This document shows, one piece after another, positions 55,987 to 64,000 of a stretch of 64,000 nt of DNA. The notes under the pieces were generated by a model that made no database searches, was not told the DNA's origin, and worked only from the letters and a program-made list of their open reading frames with translations. The translations under genes were made by a program, and so were the position numbers. Within the stretch, counting starts at the first letter, position 1. Every line of letters starts with the position of its first letter. Source of the stretch: Candidatus Helarchaeota archaeon. GTDB lineage: Archaea; Asgardarchaeota; Lokiarchaeia; Helarchaeales; RDOG01. Location: assembly GCA_019058315.1 (NCBI GenBank), contig JAHPZH010000001.1, positions 149,466 through 213,465 of the forward strand. The letters are read 5' to 3'.

Positions 55987-58920
55987 TTAAAAAAAGATAT
56001 TTTTCCTTCGAGCTCGCCATTTATAAATTTCTACAGCTATAAAACTTTGAATGGAGAGTAATATTACCCATAACCAATCTGTTAATGATAAATACATTTG
56101 ATTAAAATCTATACCCATATCTTGAAAACGTGGAATAATATAACCACTTAAAAAGACTAAAAGAACCTGTGCTACAATTGTCAAAGCGACCATAATTAAT
56201 ATCAATATATTGAACTCTTCTTTTATACTTTTATTTACTGGCGAATTTGGGCGTCTTATATTCCATACCATTATTGGTTCAGAAATAAATAATATTGTCA
56301 TACAAATAGTTGCAGCTTTTTGATGCTCTGGAGGATATCCTGGAGGAATTTTAAAAACATCAATATAACTTATGAAAGGATTTAAATTTACTTCATTAGG
56401 TCCTAAAATTGGTGTTAAGCAAAGTAAGAATCCGGCTGTAACACCAAGTAATAAAAATAAAACATGAAAAATAAGCAATTTTAATACTGAACGTGAAAAA
56501 ATCTCTTCTGAGTCACGAGGTGGCTCTTTCATTACTTCTTTAGGGTGTGAATCAAATGTTAGTGCTAATGGTGGTAGAGAATGAACAGCTAAAACAATGA
56601 ACATATGTTGAATAAATGTGTAAAATTCAAAATTTGGAACAAAAGCTAATGAAAAAAAGAAAATTCCCTCAACCAAATCCATACATATAAAATAATAAAT
56701 TAAAGTTCTGATTTTTGAAAAAAGTCCTCTACCAACCCTTATTCCTCTTTCAATAGAAGTAAAATTATCATCGGAAATAACCATATCCGCAGCTTCTTTT
56801 GCAACATCTGTTCCCGTAATTCCCATAGCAATTCCTGTATTTGATAATTTCAAAGCTAATGAGTCATTAATCCCATCACCAGTCATTGCTACTACACGAT
56901 TTTCTTCATCTTGAAGTCTCTTAACAATAATTTCTTTATCCGAAGGAGAAACTCTAGCAAAAACAGCAGCTTTTGAAAGGTCTTCTTTATTCATATTTTT
57001 AATATCTTTACCTTCAATAACAACTTCTCCTTCTTCAAATATGTCCATTTGAGTAGCAATAGATTTAGCTGTATTTGGATGATCACCTGTTATCATAATG
57101 ACTTTGATTCCAGCAGATTCACAGGAATTTACAGCTTCTTTAACTCCATCTCTAGGAGGATCAAGGATGGCTACAAATCCATGAAAAGTTAAGTTTTTCT
57201 CAATTTCATCTCTCTCATAATTCTTCTTTTTTTCGCTTATTCTTTTAAAAGCAATTGATAAAGTCCTAAACCCTTCATTTGCATATTTATTAATTAAATT
57301 AGATAATTCTTTAAGTTTTGATTTGGTTAATTCTACCTCTTCATCGTTTAGAACAATTTTATTTGATCTATTTAGAATAATTTCTGAAGCTCCTTTAACA
57401 AATGCCATATATTCCCCTTTCTCATCTTCAATAACCGTTGCCATTCTTTTTACTGTTGAATCAAAAGGTAATTCTTGAACAAATTGGAATTTATCTTTCA
57501 TAATAAATGGATTCAGGGCTGCTTTTTCTGCTAATACTAATAGTGCTGTTTCGGTTGGAGCTCCAAGAGATCTTCTAACAACTTTAACATCTTGTCCTTT
57601 CACTTTTACTTTAATTTCTTCTTCTTGAATAGATGAATTATTATTAATTACAATTGAAAGAAATAGTAATTCAAGATAAGGATCTTCACTAATATCTATT
57701 TCTTTACCGGATAATAATATTCTACCCTCTTTATCATAACCAGAGCCCTCAACATCATAAATTTTATCATTATACCAAAATTTCTTTACAGTCATCTGAT
57801 TTTGAGTTATTGTTCCTGTCTTATCAGATAAAATAACTGAGACCCTTCCAAGAGATTCCACAGCAGATAAATTTCTAATTATTACTCCGCCTTTAGCTAA
57901 ATTTAAAACTCCCGTAATTAAAATAATCGTAGTTAATAGTGGTAAATTAATTGGTACTATATTCATTCCAATACTTAAAGCGAATTTAAACTTATCTCTT
58001 ATTACATTGATAGTAATTTCTGGTGCAGTAAGAAGCGAATAAATAAATACAACTACCAATAATAATATTACAACCAAAGCTAGATATTTAGCAAATTTAT
58101 TCATTTTTTTTGTTAAAGGTATGTCTGCCATTTCAACTTGAGCAAGATTTTTAGAAATCTTTCCTATTTCTGTATTGGCTCCTGTTCCGGTAACCACTAC
58201 TTTAGAACGACCTGTACTTATATAAGTTCCCATAAAGAGCATATTTGTTTGATTTTGTAAAGGAATACCATCCTCGAAATCATCATCTTCGATTGAGATA
58301 ATTTTGTTATTTTTTTCAACAGGAATGCTTTCTCCAGTTAGAATTGCTTCATCGACAGTAAGATCTACCGTTTCTATGACGCGTGCATCCGCCGGAACTT
58401 TATCCCCTTGCTTCAGAACAACTACATCTCCAGGAATTAGCTTCAAAGACGAAATCTCCTGTTCTTTACCTTCTCTAATTACATTAGCTGTAAGTGCAGA
58501 TATTTTTTTAAGCGACTCTATAGTTTTTTGGGCTCTAAATTGTTGAACAATAGCTGTTATTGCATTTATAATAATAATTCCAAAACTTATCGCCGCAGAA
58601 CCCATCTCTCCTAGAAAGAGCATTATACAGGCACTTATTATTAATATAACAATGAATATATTAAAAATTGGAGCTAAATAAATCTTAAGTTTAGAAATTC
58701 CAGCTTTTGGAATTTCATTTAAACCAAAATTTAGATGAAATTCGTCTATTTTCCCAATATTTACCCCTTTCTCTGGATCAGTATCTAATTCGTCATAAAT
58801 TTTCTCTAGAGGCATTGAGAATGCATTTTTTATGTGTGGTATTTCTTTTTCTAATTTTAGTTTTATACCCCTACGGAAAAATTCACGAATTTTTTCCTTA
58901 GATAATATTTTTTCGGGCAC
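55987..58920 (-). CDS. P-type ATPase, P2A-like scaffold with atypical membrane site
   Basis: LTGES, SDKTGT, KGA, DPPR, MITGD, FARVSP, TGDGIND; TM4 reads NIVPINLP rather than AIPEGLP. Confidence 0.93.
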   Translation of the reverse strand: MPEKILSKEKIREFFRRGIKLKLEKEIPHIKNAFSMPLEKIYDELDTDPEKGVNIGKIDEFHLNFGLNEIPKAGISKLKIYLAPIFNIFIVILIISACIMLFLGEMGSAAISFGIIIINAITAIVQQFRAQKTIESLKKISALTANVIREGKEQEISSLKLIPGDVVVLKQGDKVPADARVIETVDLTVDEAILTGESIPVEKNNKIISIEDDDFEDGIPLQNQTNMLFMGTYISTGRSKVVVTGTGANTEIGKISKNLAQVEMADIPLTKKMNKFAKYLALVVILLLVVVFIYSLLTAPEITINVIRDKFKFALSIGMNIVPINLPLLTTIILITGVLNLAKGGVIIRNLSAVESLGRVSVILSDKTGTITQNQMTVKKFWYNDKIYDVEGSGYDKEGRILLSGKEIDISEDPYLELLFLSIVINNNSSIQEEEIKVKVKGQDVKVVRRSLGAPTETALLVLAEKAALNPFIMKDKFQFVQELPFDSTVKRMATVIEDEKGEYMAFVKGASEIILNRSNKIVLNDEEVELTKSKLKELSNLINKYANEGFRTLSIAFKRISEKKKNYERDEIEKNLTFHGFVAILDPPRDGVKEAVNSCESAGIKVIMITGDHPNTAKSIATQMDIFEEGEVVIEGKDIKNMNKEDLSKAAVFARVSPSDKEIIVKRLQDEENRVVAMTGDGINDSLALKLSNTGIAMGITGTDVAKEAADMVISDDNFTSIERGIRVGRGLFSKIRTLIYYFICMDLVEGIFFFSLAFVPNFEFYTFIQHMFIVLAVHSLPPLALTFDSHPKEVMKEPPRDSEEIFSRSVLKLLIFHVLFLLLGVTAGFLLCLTPILGPNEVNLNPFISYIDVFKIPPGYPPEHQKAATICMTILFISEPIMVWNIRRPNSPVNKSIKEEFNILILIMVALTIVAQVLLVFLSGYIIPRFQDMGIDFNQMYLSLTDWLWVILLSIQSFIAVEIYKWRARRKNIFF

Positions 58921-59054
58921 TGAACTTGAGCCTCTTTAGTCAATTTATTAATACAAAAAATTATTCTACCAAGTTATTTGAATTTATTTTATTTAACATA
59001 ATTTGTAAATATAGTGAATTGAATCCATCTCAAGTTAGAAATTGGTGATATTTT

Positions 59055-60881
59055 ATGAGTAGTTATATGAAAAAAATTCTTAGAATTGATTTATCAAATA
59101 ATAAGATAAAAGATGAGATTCCTGACGATAAACTCTTGAGGGATTATATTGGTGGATGTGGTTTAGCTTCGAAATTAATCGTTGACGAAATTAATGGTAA
59201 CACAAATCCCTTAGGGGCAGAAAATAAATTATTATTCATGACCGGTCCTTTAGTAGGCACAACTGCTCCAAGTAATGGAAGACATGTTGTTTGTTCTAAA
59301 TCCCCGTTAACTAATATTTGGGGTGAGGCACATTCAGGAGGAAGATTCGGACCAGAATTAAAATTTGCTGGGATAGATGGTTTAATATTTGAAGGACAAT
59401 CAAATAATCCAGTCTATCTCAAAATTGATGATGAATCTATTGAAATAAAAGATGCAAGTCATATTTGGGGAAAAGATACTTATGAGACTGAAAAAGCTCT
59501 AAAATCAGAACTTGGGGATAAAAAGTATAAGGTGGCATCTATTGGGCAGGCAGGAGAAAATTTACTAAAAATTTCTTCAGTAATGAATGACATGGGACGG
59601 GCAGCGGGAAGATGTGGTCTTGGTGCAGTAATGGGATCTAAAAAACTAAAAGCTATTGTTGTGAAGGGCACTAAAAAGCCAACTATTGCAGATGAAAGAT
59701 TTAATACAATGGCTCTGGAATTTCGAAAGAGAATAAGTGAAAGAGGAGGCATCTTAAGAAAATATGGAACGCCAATAGCGATTAGAAATTTATCAAAATT
59801 TGGAGATATTCCTATTAAAAACTGGCAATTGGGGGACTGGGAAGGTCTTGAAACAATAAATGAAATAGCAAATCTTAGCATTTTAAAAAAACCTATTTCA
59901 TGTTATGGATGTCCTGTAGGTTGTGGACGAAATATAGAAATTAAAGAAGGTAATTATAAGACCGAAGGTGCAGGACCGGAATATGAAACATTAGCGGCAT
60001 TTGGGTCTTCATGTTTAAATGCTAACTTAGAATCAATCGTTAAATGTAATGATATCTGTAATCGATATGGGCTTGATACAATTTCTACTGGAACAACTGT
60101 TGCCTTTGCATTAGAATGCTTTGAAAAAGGATTAATTTCTAGAGAAGAATTGGGATTTGAACTGAATTGGGGGGACCATGAAGCAATTGTTAAAATGACC
60201 GAGTTAATGGCAAATAATGAAGGTTTTGGGAAAATTTTTAATAATGGGACTAAAATTGCTTCAGAAAAAATAAAAGGATCAAATGAATTTGCAGTCCATG
60301 TCAAAGGTTTGGAAATTCCTATGCATGATCCAAGAGCTTTCTATAGTATGGGACTAGAATATGCTACTGGAAATAGAGGAGCTTCGCATTTAGAAGGAAC
60401 CCCTTTTAAAGTTGCGTTAGGATCATTAATGCCAGAAATTGGTATAAATAAAATTGTAGACAGATTTGAAACTTCTGGAAAGGGTCGGATTACTGCTCTA
60501 ACTCAAAATGTAAATGCAGTAAGTAATTCTACCATTATGTGTGTGTTTGTAAGAGACTATATAAATGCAAGTGATTTTACTAGACTCTTAAATTATGCAA
60601 CAGGTTTTGATTACACTGTCTCTGAATTATTAAAAATTGGTGACCGAATACATAATGTGAAACGCGTTTTTAATATATTATGTGGAATAACCGAAAAGGA
60701 TGATACTTTACCCCCTCGATCTCTCGAACCCACAAAAGAAGGTGGAAATGCTGGTATGGTGCCTGATATGAAAAGTATGTTAAAAGAATATTATGAATTT
60801 AGAGGATGGAAGAATGGTATTCCGACTAAGGAGAAACTGAAAGAATTGAATTTAAACTACCTTATCTCAAAAATTCCCTAA
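59055..60881 (+). CDS. aor: Tungsten-dependent aldehyde:ferredoxin oxidoreductase family
   Basis: KSPLT, SGGRFG, GRCGLGAVMGSK, CYGCPVGC, EYET, GLDTISTG, NRGASH, IMCVF. Confidence 0.93.
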   Translation: MSSYMKKILRIDLSNNKIKDEIPDDKLLRDYIGGCGLASKLIVDEINGNTNPLGAENKLLFMTGPLVGTTAPSNGRHVVCSKSPLTNIWGEAHSGGRFGPELKFAGIDGLIFEGQSNNPVYLKIDDESIEIKDASHIWGKDTYETEKALKSELGDKKYKVASIGQAGENLLKISSVMNDMGRAAGRCGLGAVMGSKKLKAIVVKGTKKPTIADERFNTMALEFRKRISERGGILRKYGTPIAIRNLSKFGDIPIKNWQLGDWEGLETINEIANLSILKKPISCYGCPVGCGRNIEIKEGNYKTEGAGPEYETLAAFGSSCLNANLESIVKCNDICNRYGLDTISTGTTVAFALECFEKGLISREELGFELNWGDHEAIVKMTELMANNEGFGKIFNNGTKIASEKIKGSNEFAVHVKGLEIPMHDPRAFYSMGLEYATGNRGASHLEGTPFKVALGSLMPEIGINKIVDRFETSGKGRITALTQNVNAVSNSTIMCVFVRDYINASDFTRLLNYATGFDYTVSELLKIGDRIHNVKRVFNILCGITEKDDTLPPRSLEPTKEGGNAGMVPDMKSMLKEYYEFRGWKNGIPTKEKLKELNLNYLISKIP

Positions 60882-60906
60882 TAAAAATGAAAATATTGAA
60901 ATTAAC

Positions 60907-61107
60907 TTATAATGCTTCTTCTTTTATTTCTGGAATAATCTCAACCAGAGGTAATAACGGTTCATACACCTCTAACTCACGAATTCTCCTCCGAAGAAAA
61001 TCAATAACTCTCATTTGACTTTCAATAATTCGAATTTGCGTTTCAATAATTTCATTTTTAGATCTAAGAATAATTCTTTCCCCATTTTTAATTTGCACTA
61101 ATTTCAT
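60907..61107 (-). CDS. Small hypothetical protein, coiled-coil-like
   Basis: 66 aa, lies in an intergenic gap, amphipathic pattern; TATA-like TTTAAATA upstream. Confidence 0.4.
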   Translation of the reverse strand: MKLVQIKNGERIILRSKNEIIETQIRIIESQMRVIDFLRRRIRELEVYEPLLPLVEIIPEIKEEAL

Positions 61108-61211
61108 TTTATTTCAAATAATCAAGTCAAGTTCATATTTAAATAAATAATTAATAAGGCAATTATTTTTGATATAAAATTCAAATTGTAATTGGAAAGG
61201 ATGTAGTTTAA

Positions 61212-61745
61212 TTGTCAAAAAATGAAAAGAAGATAACAGATTCGGGAAGGTTGTCTGAAATTAAATTTCAAAATGCTGTATTTTTTGTTAAAAATATAGA
61301 AAAATCAAAAGATTTTTATACCCGAATTTTAGGTCAAAAAATTTCAGAAGATTATGGTCGATATGTCGGATTTGAAGGAGGTTTTGGAATATGGGAAGCC
61401 GAGTTTGCTCTTCAAACTATCTTTTCAGAAAGTAAGGTAGATTACACCGTTGGTAATACCACAGAAATAGCCTTTGAAAGTCCAGAAGTTGAAAAGATTT
61501 ATTATCAATTGGAAAAAGAAAACATAAAATTTATCCATCCTATTAAAATTCAACCATGGGGACAAAAAGTTTTCAGATTTTATGATTTTGATCATCATAT
61601 TATTGAAATTGGAGAACCATTGAGTATTGTTGTAATTCGTTTTTATAAACAAGGTATTTCTATTGAAAATATTGCTAAAACTACTAATATGCCGTTAGAA
61701 GTCATTAAAGAAATAATTGAACAATTTAAATTTAATAAAGAATAA
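61212..61745 (+). CDS. VOC/glyoxalase family protein with C-terminal HTH-like tail
   Basis: VKNIEKSKDFY..LG, QPWGQKVFRFYDFDHHIIEIGE, GISIENIAKTT. Confidence 0.85.
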   Translation: MSKNEKKITDSGRLSEIKFQNAVFFVKNIEKSKDFYTRILGQKISEDYGRYVGFEGGFGIWEAEFALQTIFSESKVDYTVGNTTEIAFESPEVEKIYYQLEKENIKFIHPIKIQPWGQKVFRFYDFDHHIIEIGEPLSIVVIRFYKQGISIENIAKTTNMPLEVIKEIIEQFKFNKE

Positions 61746-61758
61746 TTTTGTGATTATA

Positions 61759-63102
61759 ATGAGTGAATTAGAAGTATTTTTTAACCCACGCTCAATTGCA
61801 ATCATCGGTGCATCAAATAACCCAAAAAAGCCTCCATACTATCTTGTAAAGAATTTAGTTGATTTAGGTTTCAAGGGTAAGATTTATCCAATAAACCCGA
61901 ATGAAAAAAAGATTTATAATATTCCCGCATATTCTTCAATTTTAGATGTAGAAGGTGATGTAGAACTAGCATTTATCCTTTTACCAAGCCAAATTATACC
62001 CCAAATAACCAAAGAATGTGCAAAAAAATGTGTAAAGGGAATTATTATTGGATCTGGTAGATTTTCAGAGACAAGTATAGAAGGTAAGCAATATATTGAT
62101 GAAGTTTTGAAAATTGCCAGAAAAAATAAGATTCATATTATGGGTCCTAATAGTATAGGCGTTACTAACCCTTATGCAAATTTTACTACTGCATTTATCG
62201 ATATACCAAAGCTTAAAAATGGCAATATCGCTTTTATTACCCAAACTGGAGCTATTGGAGGACCTTTACTCCATTGGTTAATGCCCGTATCAAAAACTAT
62301 ATGTTTGGGAAATAAAGCTGATATTGCAATTCATGAAATATTAGAATATCTTGAATTAGATGATAATACCAGATATATCGGAATTCATTGTGAGCAAATA
62401 AAAGAACCCTCTAAGTTTAATGTGGTAGCTAAAAGAGTAAATGAGAAAAAACCCATAATAATTTTAAAAACAGGGAGCTCTATATTTGGGTCCAAAGTGG
62501 CAAAATCTCATACTGCATCTTTAACCGGAAGAGACGAAATTTATGACTCTTTATTTCAACAAATAGGGTTAATTCGTGTTTCTACATTTGAGGAGTTTTT
62601 TGATACCTTAAAATTAATTAGCAGACGTGGATATTTAGAAAAAGGAAATTTAGGACTAGTAAGTATTAGTGGAGCTCAATGCGTATTAGCGTGTGATTTA
62701 TGTGAAAAATATAATATTGAAATCGCAAAAATATCAAAAAATTCATCAGATAAATTAAAAAAATTGGCAATTAATGATCTGGTGTTATTAGACGTCGGTT
62801 CTTGGCAAGGTGAAATGAATGTTGAAGACTTATATAGATTTATGACAGAAATTGCCTTATCCGAACCAAACGTTAATTATGTGATCGTATTTTTAATTCC
62901 TACACCAAAATTATTTTATTTTGATGTTCCAAGACTTTTTTCAAATTTACAAAAAAAGTATTCAAATAAATTATTGATAATATGTATGTTTGGTGAAGAA
63001 AATATTTGTTTGAAATGGAAAAAAGCACTGGAAAATGTAGGAATAATTACGTTTCCTAGCATTTCAAGAGCATTGAAAGTCATTTCTTATTTTAGATCCT
63101 AA
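61759..63102 (+). CDS. ADP-forming acyl-CoA synthetase, alpha subunit (CoA-binding)
   Basis: FFNPRSIAIIGAS, YPINP, MGPNSIG, TQTGA, GNKAD, phospho-His SHTASL; ATG at 61759 (ORF track starts at 61717). Confidence 0.88.
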   Translation: MSELEVFFNPRSIAIIGASNNPKKPPYYLVKNLVDLGFKGKIYPINPNEKKIYNIPAYSSILDVEGDVELAFILLPSQIIPQITKECAKKCVKGIIIGSGRFSETSIEGKQYIDEVLKIARKNKIHIMGPNSIGVTNPYANFTTAFIDIPKLKNGNIAFITQTGAIGGPLLHWLMPVSKTICLGNKADIAIHEILEYLELDDNTRYIGIHCEQIKEPSKFNVVAKRVNEKKPIIILKTGSSIFGSKVAKSHTASLTGRDEIYDSLFQQIGLIRVSTFEEFFDTLKLISRRGYLEKGNLGLVSISGAQCVLACDLCEKYNIEIAKISKNSSDKLKKLAINDLVLLDVGSWQGEMNVEDLYRFMTEIALSEPNVNYVIVFLIPTPKLFYFDVPRLFSNLQKKYSNKLLIICMFGEENICLKWKKALENVGIITFPSISRALKVISYFRS

Positions 63103-63351
63103 AGTTGAATAATTAATTGAAAGCTATTCAATAATACATTTCTCTTAATTTTTGATTTCAATAAAGTTTCTTTATAAAGGTAAATTGTTATTAATTCTAT
63201 TGATTTTATATTTTGTATTAAAATCTAAATTTTAAAAAAACGTAGAATAATGAGGAATAAACTCAAATTCTATAAAATTTTTAAGATATACATATTGAAA
63301 TAAATTTGTTAGAAACTGAAATATTAAATTCAATTTTTTATGGTAATACTC

Positions 63352-64000
63352 ATGGTTTCTAAACGTTTATACCTTGCAGTTGAAAGCGACGATGAAATAG
63401 ACAAAAATACTGTTGTGATTACTAAAAAAAATGCTGACAAAATCGGTGCAAAGGAAGGAGACGAAGTTATTTATGAAGATGTACCAGGTCAAATTTATGG
63501 TAAAGCTCGAATAATGATATCAGATAGTATCTCGAATGATACAGTCTTAATTAATGAAGAACTTAACAATGAGTGGGGAGAAAGAATTCAATGGTTTGGA
63601 ACTGTTGAAATTAGATTATCAGCAGAGGCAACTTCAGAATCACCACGACCTTTTAAACCTGAAATTCCTCCTGAAATTCCCAAAGTGCTTCCAGAAGAGT
63701 TTCCTGCCGAAAAACCTCAATTTACCCAACCAGAAATTCCCCAAACAATACCCGAAGAATTACCGGTCCCAGAAACTCAAGGAGGTGTTGATTTAGAAAA
63801 TATGCTTGATGATTTAATTGACAAAGACCTTACAACTCAGCCAACCCCTCCAGTAGTTCAGCCAGAATACAAGCCAGCACCACCCGTCCAACCTCAATAC
63901 AAACCAGCACCATCTATTCAACCCGAGTACAAACCAGCACCACCCGTCCAACCTCAATACAAACCAGCACCACCTGTCCAACCTCAATACAAACCAGCAC
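63352..64000 (+). CDS. Protein with N-terminal Cdc48-N-like double-psi beta-barrel and Pro-rich repeats; truncated by window end
   Basis: Not in the ORF track. MVSKRLYLAVESDDEIDKNTVVITKKNADKIGAKEGDEVIYED...TVLINEE, followed by Pro/Glu-rich sequence; open to 64000. An in-frame ATG also lies at 63340. Confidence 0.7.
   Translation, partial: MVSKRLYLAVESDDEIDKNTVVITKKNADKIGAKEGDEVIYEDVPGQIYGKARIMISDSISNDTVLINEELNNEWGERIQWFGTVEIRLSAEATSESPRPFKPEIPPEIPKVLPEEFPAEKPQFTQPEIPQTIPEELPVPETQGGVDLENMLDDLIDKDLTTQPTPPVVQPEYKPAPPVQPQYKPAPSIQPEYKPAPPVQPQYKPAPPVQPQYKPA
63859..64000 (+). repeat. 30-bp coding tandem repeat (QP[EQ]YKPAP[PS][VI])
   Basis: Units start at 63859, 63889, 63919, 63949 and 63979 (partial). 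Confidence 0.95.

Noticed and set aside
55987-58920. Plain Ca2+-ATPase, or a bona fide P4 flippase
   Set aside because: Four Ca2+ ligands are substituted, yet the P4 hallmarks DGET and the TM5 Lys are missing. It is kept as an atypical pump.
1501-61652. Many short ORFs nested in or antisense to long genes (e.g. 2804, 3035, 17859, 32053, 46324, 59480, 59954)
   Set aside because: They lie within well-supported genes, have no motifs, and show the composition expected of shadow frames.
63554-63796. 80-aa ORF in the ORF track
   Set aside because: It is an off-frame shadow of the real gene that starts at 63352 and runs past the window end.

Overview
AT-rich archaeal chromosome segment, inferred to come from an Asgard archaeon and most likely a Helarchaeales-type Lokiarchaeia. 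The evidence is an archaeal TBP and GGTGA ribosome-binding sites, a Rab-like GTPase, several longin-like and membrane-longin proteins, LRR/ankyrin/TPR proteins, and a divergent alkyl-coenzyme M reductase (ACR) operon. Four blocks stand out. (1) An 18-kb glycogen/alpha-glucan cluster (2.5-21 kb): phosphorylase, three GH57 enzymes, maltokinase, GlgA, a degenerate phosphohexomutase, an NDP-sugar pyrophosphorylase and a GalT-like protein. (2) A 4-kb accessory island (23-27 kb): an RHH repressor with a five-box operator, an A-tract array, a small protein ending in Gly-Gly with a coupled partner gene, a K-turn-like element, and two very basic His-rich paralogs. (3) Eukaryotic-signature signalling genes (30-41 kb). 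(4) The ACR locus (43.6-51.7 kb): two paralogous genes of unknown family, acrB-acrG-acrA, an SCP2-like lipid carrier and a DUF362 protein, with AOR and ADP-forming acyl-CoA synthetase nearby. The strongest novelty candidates are the ACR accessory module and a P2A-like ATPase that has lost most of its Ca2+ ligands and carries a flippase-like TM4 motif (PINL). Two genes appear to start at AUA/AUU. No rRNA, tRNA, CRISPR array, integrase or transposase was recognised. All family assignments come from motif recognition by eye, not from database searches.
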